The position numbers and the translations under genes were made by a program. The notes beneath the pieces are model-generated. The model saw only the letters and a program-made list of their open reading frames with translations. It made no database searches and was not told the origin of the DNA. A stretch of 64,000 nt of DNA, from positions 24,676,001 through 24,740,000 of the forward strand of contig CM022679.1 of NCBI GenBank assembly GCA_012295275.1, read 5' to 3'. The stretch's first letter is position 1. Each line of letters opens with the position of its first letter. This DNA comes from Chrysomallon squamiferum. Taxonomy: Eukaryota > Animalia > Mollusca. This document shows positions 42,862 through 57,200 of this stretch, one piece after another.

Positions 42862-45800
42862 CTACTTCTTGCGACGGAAATACACATCTTTCGTCAACAT
42901 GGATGTGATGCAAGGAATCTGCTTCTTTCTGTTCATGAACTCCTTGCTAGCGTTAGACTCAAACTGATAGGCCACCCTTTTGTTGACTCTTGTCATCATC
43001 GTCAGTAGATCAAGCTTGTCAGCATACTCCTTCAGAACCTCTGACAGAGCCTGGATAAACCAGGAGCCCCGAGTTGAATTACGCCATGAAAAGTAACCTA
43101 GGAAAAAGCAAAGAAAATTGTGCTCATACTAATTTTAATGTTTCTCATGTTGACTAAAACTAAAGACTAAAATTCCAGTGTAGAGTAAATAAAAGTTTTA
43201 ATGACATCTCAACGTATTTTTATATTTCCGCTCATTGAGTGTAAATGTAATTTTGAAGTGATGTGATGAACAACTATGGGTTACTTTTACCAGTAGCTTT
43301 CATATGCAGTTTTCTGCAGATAAACGTATATGCTTCTGACAATTCAGTGGTGAATTCTAGATGGAAGCTAAGTAGCTAGATGAGCATGCTAATTAGTATT
43401 TTTCACACAATTCTTTTACTTATATGAGAAGTAAGCCACCAGTAAGAACAATTATTGGTGTATTCTTTATTAGTTTCCTTATTTCTATCACATTACCTGG
43501 TACTACTGAGTAGGCCATCAGAAAGTCAGCCTCTGTTGGAATTCGATATGTCTCCAGCTCCATGGGTTGTATTGCTCCTTTTGTTCCTAAAGCATCACTG
43601 ACTGTGACACCATCATCCAGAGATTGTCCTCTGCATGCCTGCATTCACAACAACAAAAAAAGATAATATAACAGAAATACCACAGCTGTGAGACAAAAAC
43701 AATACGTTAAACATGTAACTGATAAATGTTTGTTAGTAATGTATTCAATTAATAAACATCATAAATTCATTTAAAGAAAGCATTTTTTACTTATTCTGCT
43801 AAATTCCTTTATAAACTGAGTGTCCCAGACGATACCTGGGCCTAGATATAATCTAATGATGGCATGTCCATAAAAGTTTTCTGGAACTGAGAAATTTAGT
43901 TATACAATATATTACAGTTCTTAACCTGAATAGCAGTTTATTTATATGTAGTTTTACAAATAATGTAATTTCAGAGTAAAATCATTAAAAGTTTTTTTCT
44001 TTTGATATATCAGTAGAGTCTAAATACTGAGTTACATTCCAATCTTGTCTGGTTTAAACAAAACTTGAAAACAGACTCACTTGAATGAAAAACAATTTAG
44101 GTTTTCCAGCCAGAGATTCACACCTGTGACCTTTAAATGGTTCTACAAGGTCTTTAATCTCCACTGGCCCATCAGTGCCATATACCATCCCTTCTTCACC
44201 ATGAGAGAGAATTATACAAGCAAAGCAATCTTTTTGTGAGTGGTCCTTTTTGCTTGCTGAAAATACATGACATTAATAATGTTTTCATCTTGGTGAATGA
44301 ACATTTGCCTGCAGGGAATATAAGATATTACATTTCCATCTTGAAAGAGTGAAAATGTTCATCTTGTATAAAATATATTAATAATACAAAAAAAGAAAAT
44401 TTATAACACTGAACTTTAAACATCAAAAACTGTTAATATGGTATTTAATTTGTCTCATTAAACAGCATGTCATTAAACTCAGACTTATGACTAATCTAGG
44501 TAAGTGAAAAATTAAAAGTTCACATTCATACACAACACTATAAATTATTTTTCAATTTATGTGCACAATATATAAAACATTTATCTGTGCATATGTGTAT
44601 GCATTTATCTACTTCTGAGAGAATGAAATAATAATTAAGTCAGGAATAAAAAAAAATATATAAAAAAAAAAAGTATAATATGCATTATCACTTAGGTAAA
44701 AAGCTGTTCAACTTACCATTCAACATCAAATCTTTCATTTTCTGCATGCTTAAATTATCATATGTTTCAACTTTAAAACTCAAAGCTCTAAAACGATTAT
44801 AAATGTTTATTTTGTCTTGATCAGTTCCTGTACGCGTTCCCATATTGGTGTGTTTTTCAAATTCTTTGTTGTTAATTATTAGACACCATCCTCGCTCTGC
44901 ATAATCCATCTTGTATTCCTCAGAAAAAAGTGTAGATTCTTTTTCTACTGGGAAATAGCCTCCTGCTGCTTGTGCATTTCCAAAGTAACTTAAAATAAAT
45001 AACATTAATATATACTAATTAATTAAATATAATCTTTACCTGGCACAAATACAATATTGGTTCAAACTTTTATATGTATGTATGTATTTTAACAACAAAA
45101 ATATCCCTGGAACAGACAGAGTCATAGAACTACATTAAAATGTTATTTATGTTCATCAAATGATATTTAAAGTGTTGAAAGAATTTAATTTTATGCAATC
45201 ACCAAAAATTTTATAATTTTATTTTATTAACCAAAAAACAAAAACAACTGAAGAAAGATTTAAAAAATAACTAATTACTATGTCATATTACCCAGGATCC
45301 CCTGCACCACCTTTTGTTCCTAAGGCATCTGTTTCATCAGGTTTATTACCAGTAGCTGAGGCATCTACTTGATCTAAAAAAATAAAAAAAATTAAAAAAA
45401 TTCATGTGTGTAGGCATGTATGGATACTGCATGTAAAATATATTTATTTCTTCTTTTTTTTTTTTCAAGCACAGCAGGTTTTGGAAAATGCAATGAATAC
45501 GATGTAAATTGTAATTCTGTAATCAAATTTGAACATAGTGTAAATATTCAACAAACTGTTTATGAATCCTGACAACTATGTACTTACATTTTGTAATACA
45601 TACGTAGAATGACAGGTTTATTTGCTTTAAATTTATAGTATTCTAATAATATATGTGTTTGTGCGGATAAATAGATAGACAAATGCACATAGTTCTAATT
45701 ACCCACAAACAATAAAAGGAGGGTCATTTTAATACAGAAAATGTAGTTCAAGTTCACACGTCTGAAATCACCATTTCAATATTAAATACTTGTATCATAA

Positions 45801-46054
45801 TCATAGGAAATACATGTTTATGACTATTGTAATACATTTATTACCGAGTTTATAATTTTTAATATTAAAAGTTAATAAGATATTGAAACGGTAGTTCTAG
45901 TTGCTTCTGATCAATTAATATTAATAAATTAATTAATATTAATTAACTTTCATTATTTAACTGTTTGAAAATCAGAATAATCTTCAATTTAATTTCTTTA
46001 AACTGTTAGGATGTAAATGAAAACAGTATATACCATACCTGCATTATCTGCCAT
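42862..46054 (-). CDS. Executioner caspase (caspase-3/7-like), paralogue B, 307 aa
   Basis: Exons 46039-46054, 45292-45373, 44717-44988, 44081-44256, 43497-43638, 42862-43097; same lengths as paralogue A. SHG and QACRG intact; [13 protein letters not shown] is close to the canonical effector caspase loop. Confidence 0.95.
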
Positions 46055-47437
46055 TCTTAAAACTTTTATTAATCAATAGTATCGTCCAAATTTTAATATT
46101 CCCAGCACTCCGGAAAATCCAAAAGCTATCCTTTTCCGATTGTTATAAAAGTAAAATACCAGTCTAATTTTAGACTAATCATGTTACTGTGATTTCTGTT
46201 TTACGGTACCTGTATGAACGAGTAGGCGTAAATAAATACGTTTCGTAAGCCAATGAAACAGGCAACAGCGGTGGTGTTGTTCTTGTTTCTGGTCACTAAG
46301 CTTTTAAAAAGGCACTTTTATTAACTAATTCCCAGAAAATAGATAAAAAAAACCCAACAATAATTATGTTTAAAGAGATCTTATAGATGTTGTTTTTTGG
46401 CTTAAAATACATTTTTATATTATTCCTTTAATTGCATTTGTATCAATTTCTACTAGTAATAAAGTATGAATAATGATAGTGAATTTGCCTGGAGGCTTTT
46501 ATAGATGCATTACTCTAATTAAATTTAAAACATTAATATATATAAATTATAGTTTAAACAAACGAATGTGCTTGGGCAGTTATCATACCCGTATCTAAGG
46601 ATAGAGTAATTACATGATATTTGTGAAAATAACAAGACCAAGTTATAAAAAAGATCAGATTCTAAGTTATATTATTATTATTGTTGTTGTTGTTGTTATA
46701 ATTATTAGTACTACTGTTACTGCTACCACTACTACCACTACTACTATTATCATTATTGAAAATCACAATGTTTCGTTCTCTTCCGAAAATTTAGGAATCA
46801 TTTTGAAGTTTTGTGATCATTACAGTTTGTGTGCCGTTTGATTACATAATAAGCCGAAACAGGATGTAAAGTGCAATTAGTGTGTTTCGAAATTCAAAGA
46901 GAGGAGTGCCTTTTTTGTTATTCGTTACTTTAACAATAAGGGTTAACAAAAAAATAAAAAAATAAAAATATAAACGACAGGCATGTCTATTAGTAATGAT
47001 ATAAAATTAATATTTTTTGTCAGCCACAATGAATGTATGATCATTGAATTCATTCCAAGGTATTCTAATTCAACTAGAATTTCTAGCCTTTCTTAAATGG
47101 AAAGAAGTAGTACTACTACTACCGGTAGTAGTAGCTCATCTTTTCCGAGAAGTTATCAAATAATTCGAACATACGACAAGCTATGGTTAACAAGGGGGAT
47201 ACCTAAACCGCAAAAATAATAGCGAAATTGACCGCTACATAGTACATATTAACATAATATATTTAATATCTTTATTATAAAGTTTATATTATATATATAT
47301 CACGAAGCCTTCTGTTTTGAATATGAGGTATTCAGAAACAATTATCTGATCTATTCTGTCTCTGACAGAAATTAAAGCATATATCGTATGCAGTAAAGTT
47401 AATTGCCTTGAGCAGCTTTCTAAAGAGTAATGGAATT

Positions 47438-50400
47438 ATGGATGATTTAGTCATTGGAGATGGTAAGTTTAAATATATCAGATAATTAAAATTGAATATA
47501 AATAACATTCATTACTAATCACATTTAAATTAAGATGTAATTATGTTCCACTGCATTAAACCGTTCTTAATAAAGATTCCTTGCCTACTTCCGTGTAGTA
47601 TCTAAGTATGTGATAATATGGATTATTCATTTCAGTTAGCAGTAAAACATCTTTTAGATGCAACGTGCCATAGACAGGAAAGAAACAGACTTTGATAAAC
47701 TTTTCATATGGCAAAGACTGAAATAGTAGTTTAACCAGTTCTTTGAAATCTCAGGTTTTGCATACAGTCAACATAGTTTGATAAATTCTGACCAAGCATT
47801 TCTCTGAAATACACTGTTACAGGTTTGCATTCTGATAATAATCCATTTGGTGATTAATCCAATTAAATGATTAATTGACGAGAAGGTTATGTTTTATTAG
47901 TCTTGTAAACTTATTTAATAATTTTGATTTGATACTAGGTTGTAATATCAGGACTTAGTACAGTTATTTTAACAAACAATTACTTAGCAGTGTTCCATGA
48001 AAGCTGAGGAAATTCAGAGTGAGTGACTAAACATTTGCTGGAGGTTATTTCTATGGAAGAAATATTAAATATTGTTTGTGATTTAACATTCTAAATATTT
48101 CATTCAAAAAGTGTATTTAATCAAGATCTGATATTTGATACCGTGAAGACTGACCAACAAAGGTTAATTCATAACGAAAAACGGATTTTTATGGACAAAA
48201 TTTGTGGAATGATAAAAAATTCTTACAATACAAATACTTTGCTTTTACTAAATAATAATAATGTTGTTGTTATTATTAAGAATCATCTTAAAAGGTTATA
48301 AATTCTGAAACAATTGTTTTTTTCTTTTTTAGAAAAAGATTCTGTTAATAAAAAACTGAAAGCTGCATGGCATCATGTATCCAGGTAAACTTAATCAGCT
48401 CAGTATCAACACACACAGAATTATATGTAAATCTAAGCATTGTGTTGACAGTATAAAACCAAATATATTTTTCTGGATTAATATAATTTAAAAAATAATA
48501 ATCATAAATCCACCCTAATGATCTATGTAGTCTTATGTATAAAATTTTACAAATATTTTTACCACTGTTACAGATTCTTCTCTGGTACTTAACTAAGTAA
48601 GTCTAAGTAGCTACCATATCATTACAAAAAATTTAATAATGTTTTCTCCATTATTAAAAATATTTTGCCAGCTAAAACTAAATAAAATTTTCATGAAATA
48701 ACTATGCTGTACAGTAAATACAATTTTTATACTTTTTTGTTTACCTATTTTACAGGCCCTTTGGAGACACCAAAGATCTTCCACTTGTTTATGATGATCA
48801 TGATGAATATAACTTTAGCCATCCATCTCGTGGTACTGCCATTATTATTAATAACAAGACATTCCAGGATAAATTACCAAGGGAAGGTGCTGATGTAGAT
48901 GCAAATAATCTTCAGCAAGTTTTTAGTCATTTTGGATTTTCTGGATATAAGATATTTTGAAGATTTAACAGCTGTTGGAATTATCAGTATTTTCCAGAAA
49001 AGTAAGCCTGCATCATTATTATTCTGTTCCTTTTGCCTCCATATTATTATATTCCTTCTGTATTATTCTATTTCTCTTTATATATTTAAATTAAGTACCT
49101 GAAATTATTCAGAGCCATTCTGGTTTTTAAAATTTATTTTGTAATATTTTTTACCTGGAATTTTTTTTGACCCCTGATTCCATTTGTCCCACTTTTGTTT
49201 TTTTTGTTTTTAATGGCTTCCATTTTATTAAGGCACTCAAGAGTCTAATAAATGAGCAAAAATGTGTTGACACCATTTCTATATTATAGCAGTCTTGTTT
49301 CAGCTAATAAAAATATAGCTGTTTAATTATGTATATTTTTACAAATGCACATAAATCTTTTTCATTACAGTCTCAAAGGAAAACTACAAGAATTCAGATT
49401 GTTTTGTTTGTGCAGTTTCTTCTCATGGTGATGAATATTTTTTTGATCCTGACAAAAGGAATTCAAAGAGAAGAGAAGAGTTTATTTTAGGAACAGACCT
49501 CAGACCAGTTTTGACTTGTAATATTCTTGAAATGTTTAATGACAAAAACTGCCCCTCACTCAGAGGAAAACCAAGAATATTTTTCATGCAGGTATGCAAA
49601 ATATCTTAATTTTAGGACGAACATAATGATAAATGTAATCAAACATGTAAAAGTTTTAATTAATATTACATGGAGAAGACAGATTTTATGTCTGTATATA
49701 TATTTACACACACACGTGTACATACATACATATAATAAGTAGTAGTTAATATTAAACTGAAAAATAAACACTTTGTGAGAACGGGGGAAACTTCTTTACA
49801 AATTTAAAATCATTGTTTAATATTTATGAGTAATTCTGAATTGGGAAAATGATTTTTACCAATAAACTTTAAAATATTTTAAAATTGGCAGTTTAATTTG
49901 ATATTGTTTGAAACTGTTCGGGAAAAATATAAATTTTGATATTAAATTAATTGGACATAAATCATGTTTCTTAACAGCTCTATCCTCTTATCCTGTATGT
50001 TAAATGTGTTTTTTATATCATATATGAATATAAAAAGTAGAAAAAGAAGAAAGAAAAAGTGAAAATCTAGAATGCATTATCATCAGACAGATATATTCAC
50101 TTTTAGGCATGTCGTGGTCAGGGTATTGACAGTGGCGTAGATATTCTAAATATACATGATGAGGTGGATGGTTGCAGATCTACAGATCCTTATGTCACAT
50201 GTCCATCACCATTGTTTAAAGACTTCCTTATTGTCTATTCAACACCACCAGGTTTGTTTTTAACAAATATAATTTTTTTTAATTAGTTAAGCCAAATATC
50301 TGGATTAATATAAATTTCTGTATGTTGCCACTGAATGATAATGTGTAAGAGTAACATGAAAATAAATGGAATTCATTCCTCTTCTGAGCATTATAATTTT

Positions 50401-50764
50401 GTTAAAAAAAAAAAAAAAAAAAGAAATTTATCAGTTTTCATTACTAAATGGCTAGAAAATATATAATAGTTGTTACTCAAACTTATGATGCACCTTTTAA
50501 ATTTACCTTCTGGTTTTTTAAGGGTTTGCTTCATTTCGAAGACCAGACAAAGGTTCATGGTTCGTTAGTGCATTAGCTGAATGTGTTAAGAATTGCAGAG
50601 TAGAATCTGTGTCCCTCCTGAAGCTACTGACTAAGGTAATTCATAATGTGTCATTGAATTTCCAGTCAACCTCTGTCACTGATCCCAGTCTTCATGGCAA
50701 GAAACAGGCTCCTTGTATTTGCTCTATGCTTACCAAGGATGTTTATTTCAGAACAAAGAAATGA
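47438..50764 (+). CDS. Divergent short-prodomain caspase (~309 aa if one frameshift is corrected); gene or recent pseudogene
   Basis: Exons 47438-47462, 48333-48384, 48756-49001, 49371-49591, 50107-50251, 50523-50764. EYNFSHPSRGTAIIINN, SSHGDE, GKPRIFFMQ|[35 protein letters not shown]. One extra base near 48937-48940 gives TGA at 48958-48960. Confidence 0.88.
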
Positions 50765-53700
50765 TTATTTTCAAGAAAATGTCTGGGCAGCTTTTTTACG
50801 AAAGAACATTTACTGGCGGAAACAGTAGGACTGATAAATAATTAAAAATTAAATTTCCACTTTTAAAAGTGCATGTAAAAATCTATCTTTATTTATTATT
50901 TTCTAAGATAAATATTTTTCATTTTGTTATTATGCAGACAGGAATAAAATCTTGGATGTGTCTGAAAAAAGTCAGGCAAAAAATATAATGTGATAATATC
51001 TTAGGTTAAATAACATAATATAATCAAAAATATTACATAACAAAAAGACTGAGGACTTAACTGGTTTAGGTAACTCATAATTATTGTGAAGATATGTTTA
51101 TATTATTTTACAACTAAAAGTTTCATATATTTTTCAGCATTTTTAATTATGTTTAAAATACAAAAATAAGGAATTACCATCTGATGTTTCATATTATTCA
51201 TTTTATATCTGTCTCATTTTGTTAAATATAAAAAAATGTTTGTTATCTTCATTTTATTTATGTTGTTCATCTCAATAAAGAAGATGATTCTGATTTTAGA
51301 TTTTATTAATTTATTTTAATATGTATTCACTTAGCATATATTAAAATTTATATTTTATTATGAAATCCTTTTATCTCTAGGAATTTGTGCATTTTTTAAG
51401 ATATTCTTTTTTTATACTGATATTGTCCTTATTTTAGCAGCCAAAATCAAAGCTAAAGTAATCTCAAGCAATTTGTTATAATTTTATACTTTATTTTAAT
51501 TTCATTATTTAACAATCTGTCTCACTTTTCTTTTTTTTTCTTTTTTCATACCAAAAGTAAATCAGATTTACAGGGAAAAAATTATTTGATGTATTTATTA
51601 CAGTTTACAAAAATATGTTTCAATCACAATCAGATTGTTTTTTCTTGTGAACTGATTAGAAGTACAAGCAAATAATCAGCAAGAAAATAGCAGATGAAAA
51701 TTACGAAAATTAAATCCAAGTAGCCTTTAAAAGCTTGGTGATAAATAACATGAGTTCATCTATAAGAAAAAGTACCATGGTAATATTTATTAAATTGATA
51801 ATGAAAAATTACTTATGGCTGTCTGTTATTCATATCTTTGCCATTGCTTACTGTTTTAAAATGTTTTAGGCTAAAAATATATACATACTGTACCAAACAG
51901 AAAGAAAAATCATAAAATAATGCAATCAAAATTTGACATTATTTTGTTACGAATGTGTAAATGTATAAAATATTTAGTTTTAGTTATCAAGTATTTGATG
52001 CCATTTTATTTTGGTGCTCTACTTTGTAATGTTATTATAATATAGTAATGTTTTTTTATTTACTGTTATTCACAAACTACTCAGATTTTATTCAAATTAC
52101 TTTTAGTGACCTTTTGGTCATGTGAAAATGTTTTAAATTTTTACGTTAAGTATTTATTTATAACTACTGTGTGGAATTTGCTTCTTTTGTTTTCTCTTGA
52201 TGTATTTGTTTTATATTTATTGTTACTGCATTAAAATATTTATTGATTTTTTATTTTTACTCATTGCTGACATTAATTTTTAACTAATTACTGAATCCAT
52301 TGAATGTTTATATACATAGGAATTAATATTTAAAAATTAATGTGAATTTTTATTCTAGTCATTACAGTTTTGTCAACATTTAGAAACTGAAATTCAGTAT
52401 TTAATTACCAATTTGACATGAATATATTTCCTTGGTGCAATTGTGTAATAATTTTGCAATTTTACATTTTATTATTTTCTTAAACAGCATTATTGTCTCA
52501 TGTTTTGTTGTCACTTCATTTTTATTACATTCTCTTTGCATTTTTTACAGATTAAAGTATTTAAAATATTACAAATTTATATATAAGTTTATAATAAAAA
52601 CTTGAAACAGAAAGAAAGAAGTAAAATATACAGAACAAAAATCATTGTTAAAAGAGCAGAGAAAAGTGATATTTAAAACATGTTCTGTAATTATTTTTCT
52701 ACCTAGACAATTTTTTTCTTTTTAATTGCCTAGAATGGAAAAAGCATTGCAGAGTTTAATTTTTATCCCAATGTCTGCTTTCAAATTTTGAACAAAATCA
52801 TCTTTTAGGTGTCACTTGAAAATTTGCTTTTATTTTTGTATTACATTAATTTATGTTTATTTTTCTCTATCAAAAATGTGTAAAATCATTAATAACAGTA
52901 GTAATAATAAAATATGTCACTTAAAAATTACACAATATTTGCTCACCTTGGCCTAAGCAGCATTTAAATTTAACAGAGCTAAATTGTTTTAACTGTTCAT
53001 GTTGTTAATTTTTATAATTGTTTATTTTTATCTAGATTGATTATACTTGTTTTCATTAGCTTTTTTAAATTGTTAATCTTTCTTGCCATAGTTTATTACT
53101 TTGTTTTGCAAAGATGTTGCTAATTTGTTTCCGTTTTTTCTGAAAATTTATAAAAAATAAATTTTACTTCATTTGTTAATATTTTGTTTTTTGTTTAGTA
53201 TTGAATATTAAGTATTTACATTATTGTTAATGTTTTAAGCAAGTTCAATATATTATATACAGTGTCATTAAACTGAAATAATAATAGAATCCCAGAATTT
53301 AAATATACCTGTAGATGTCAGTGACGAAAAATTATTGTATTTTCATGAACTGCAGACATCCACTCATGTTTTTGTTATCTTAGAGCAAGATTGTTGATAG
53401 TAAATATTTTGAAATATTTTGAAGTATCAATAAATACTCAATCTTCCATATTGACATTTCAGGATTAATCAGGTATGATGGAATGTCCAGTTTAGTACTA
53501 ATATAGAGTCTAACATTTTTATTAACTAGCCTTTGGCAGGTTCCTAGCAAATAAAATTAACTTTCTTTATTTTCTATAATTATACTTGCATATTTGACTC
53601 ATAAGCAAAATATATGTAATAAATTATTATATCAAAAATCAAAAAACAATATTTCTTTAATGAATGAACAACTTTTGGTATTATCTTAATGAATTAGAAA

Positions 53701-54283
53701 TTGTTATCATATATCTGAATTAGAATAGGTGATACGTACGTCAATAAGAAATAAATTGGTACATAGAAATAAATTATTTAGAAATATTCTTTATTTATAT
53801 TATTATTATAATAATAATTATTATTTTTATTATTTTATTATGAGGATATTATGCAAAATGCAACATTGTTTTAAAAATTAGGTGCTCTATGAACATGATT
53901 TAAAATTTTAAGCATTTTCATGATCAATATATAGAGTGTTCATTTGCACACTCAGAAATAAACTAGAAATAAATATGACACACACCTCCGTGTGTATGTC
54001 TGTATGTGTAAGCAATGTTACGTTAAGATAAATGGATTTTTGTTCAAATAACTGAAAAATCAGATTTAAAATTTTATTTTTAAATTTTATTTTCAACATA
54101 TTATCCTTTGAGTAGCCAATCTGTGTTGGCTAGTTATTTATCACAGCTGAATTATGCGTTGTATATTTTTTCAAACAAATACATGTACTGTAACCTAAAT
54201 TTATGAGAGGAAAAAAAATACAGTTGTGCGCATATACATAAAAAACACCTATACTTGAAACAATTCTGTAATAGTTACGACAC

Positions 54284-57200
54284 TTAAACACATTGCGTCA
54301 TCACTTTTTCTTTCTTTCGAAAATAAACATCTTTTGTCAACATGGAATAGACACATGGCATCTGTTTTTTCATGTGCCGACTGGGATTTCTCAAACTCAC
54401 TGACTCGAATCCTATAGCAACCTGCTGTATCACTCTTGTCAGGAGTTTCTGGAACTCCAGTCGAGTGATGTCACAGTTGTTAATGACGTTGTACAAATTC
54501 CTTATGAATACAGATCCACTTCGAGGTTGACGCACCGAGGCATAGCCTAAAAAAATATATAATAATAATAATAATGACATAAATTTAAAATATAAATTAT
54601 TGTTACTGTTGTTGTTGTTGTTATTATTAGGGAATTTGCACTTAAAATAACACCATCAATAAATAAGCTGCGGTTCTATGACTCATTTGAGAAGAGCATC
54701 ATGAGGTTGACATTGAGGTATGTTCTGGTCTTGATTCAGTTTCCAGTTATTGATCCGTTTAATATAGAGAATGCACATTTTCGCCGAAGATGACCGAGCA
54801 CGGTGAAATGTTCCGATGATACAGAGTACATCAACGTGCTCAGTTTTGTTTTCTCAGTGACGAAGAAATTAGAATTGGAAATTAATAGAGCAACAACGAA
54901 GAAAAAAAAGACGGGGAAAAAGTCGTATATTAAGATGATGCATAAAATTATTCACGATTATTTTTGACGTATTGTTGTCTACGGCCATACCACGTTGATG
55001 ATGGTATGAAAATTTTATTCACGATTATTTTTCGACGCCTATCCCGGATCCGATCTCTGGGATCGCCAGGGATGGGTTCCGGGACACATACCACGTTGAA
55101 AGCACCGGTTCTCGTCCGATCACCAAAGTTAAGCAACGTAGGGCTCGGTTAGTACTTGGATGGGTGACCGCCTGGGAACACCGAGTGCTGTAGACATTTC
55201 ATTTTGCTCTTTTTTTCTTTCTTTTTTTGATAATTATTGTTATTATTATTATCGAATCTTTCAAAATATTTTCTGTTAATTATATTAGATTGAGATAAAT
55301 GTTCTAATTTATTGAGACTGCTGTTAGAAACAATTGAGGACAAATATTAATCATATGAGATGTGCACATCCGGAAGGGAAATAAAAAGAAATAATAAATA
55401 GGGATAATACTGCGGAGCTAACGCATTAGCGAACATGACGAAATAAAACACCATAATTCTAATTTTCTTTTGCAGCTAGCATTCCGACAGAGAAAACATT
55501 AGCTTGCAATGAAAATAACTGTTTTACTTGTCGATTTATTTCGAAAGGATTAAATGGAAATCTCAGAGCATAAAGGAAAATAACAATAATAACTGATAAA
55601 AAGGTAAGGTTCAGCTGTATTGTCTAGGCTGCTGACCAGTGCCTATTCTCGGATGCGATCCCACTACTACTCGACACGGAGACTTTTGCCTGCTGCGTTT
55701 CCGCCCTGGGCCATTACGTCCCTCCTTAGACAACCTGGTTTCTCTCGCCTCCGCGAGTTAAACCATATCGATGCCGAGCTCAGTGCGGACATCCAATCAA
55801 CACAGAGCACCAGAGAGCAGAACCCCCGAACTCAAGCTGTCCACAGACCTATGCTTCCAAGTAGCTGGATTACAGGAGCTCGCCACAACTCCCGGCGATT
55901 TTTATTAATTTATGTCCGGCGATCCGGAATATTTATTTATTTGTTTGTTTGTTTATTAATTTATCGATTTATCGATTTATTTATTTATTTCATAATGATT
56001 ATAAAGCAGTTGTAACTGGAAGAAATAACAATGGCAAGCTATTAACAGATGCGATGTTTACTAAATTATTTTCAGTGATGCGTAATATTTATGCTTGCTC
56101 TAGAGCTTCTTATTATTAACTGTTATCATTATTATTATTACATCGTTAAGAAATACAGAAATGCAGTCGGATTTACAAGTAATTTTTCGTCTATTTCGTC
56201 CTCTTTGTGCACCACAGTTCTGCGCTCTCACTGTCTCCATATTTTCCTAACAGTATATAGTAGTATTAGTAACTGTGATGTTAATATGGTATGTTCCCAA
56301 AACTGGCAATCTCCAAAGCAGGTAAGCGGTGAGGTGTTCTAATCAGCTTCCACATATGGGGAAACTGGCGTGAGCAATTAAGGCCAATTTAGGCGCATGG
56401 GACCTTATGTGTGAAGAACAGATGGGGCGATTAACCTTAAAGAGCAATGAAGAGCAAAGGTAAGCCGGAATAGAGATTGCAAGAAAAATAATGTTTGGAG
56501 ACATGAAATTAATGTTATATCTCAGTAAAATTTGGAGACAGGAAATACTACCAGAAGACAAGCACAAGCTCTTCCTGCTGGGATTGGAGTACGTCACGTA
56601 TACCCGGGACACGGCTTCCTACTTGTCAGCTTGCGGTGGAGTGCTTTCTGGGACATTTCGTGTGTAAAGTGTGTCTGAATGTGCTTTCAGATTGTGGACA
56701 AAATACTGTTTAACAAAAGTACATCAGTTAAGGTGATGGGCCATCAATTAAGGTGACGGAACACCAGTTAGTAAGGGTGAGCAATAAACTGTCAGAAATA
56801 GGACATCTGGCGTGTCCAATTAAGATGTGTTATAATCTCACTGCCGGATTCGGGAATGCCAGAATCGGGAATAAACCGTTAATATTAGCAATTAAGTATA
56901 ATACTGCAGAGCTAGAGCATTAGCGAACACGACAATATAAAACACCATAACTGTATTTTAGTTTACTTATTTATTTGTTTGTTTATTAATTTATTGATTA
57001 TTTATTTATTTATTTATTTATTTCTAATGATTATAAGGAATTTATTTCAGGAAGACGCCACAATTGCAAGCTATTAACCGATGCGATGTTTACTAAATTA
57101 TGTTCAGTGATGCGTAATATTTATGCTTGCTCTAGAGCTTCTTATTATTACTATTATTATTATTATTATTACATCGTTAAGAAATACAGAAATACAGTCG

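Larger units (their letters stand above)
32608..48774. repeat. Tandem segmental duplication, copy 2 (~16.2 kb)
   Basis: Junction CACCAAA|ATCAATTAAC at 32601-32617 joins the caspase exon sequence (CACCAAAGATCTT at 48768-48780) to SEC31 intron sequence (AAAAATCAATTAAT at 16181-16194). Confidence 0.96.

Noticed and set aside
16185-48774. The duplication as purely an uncollapsed-haplotype artefact
   Set aside because: A clean microhomology junction inside an exon, copy-specific loss near the truncated caspase and clustered protein changes favour a real event, although only spanning reads can settle it.
54284-54300. C-terminal TQCV of the fourth caspase as a prenylation or PDZ motif
   Set aside because: Cys is not at -4 (no CaaX) and Thr is not at -2 (not a class I PDZ ligand).
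54948-55343. Short ORFs on both strands over the interrupted 5S copy
   Set aside because: They are incidental translations of rRNA sequence.
55620-56015. 131-aa ORF and its 158-aa counterpart at 59128-59604
   Set aside because: These are the antisense reading of the 7SL RNA gene running into low-complexity AT sequence.
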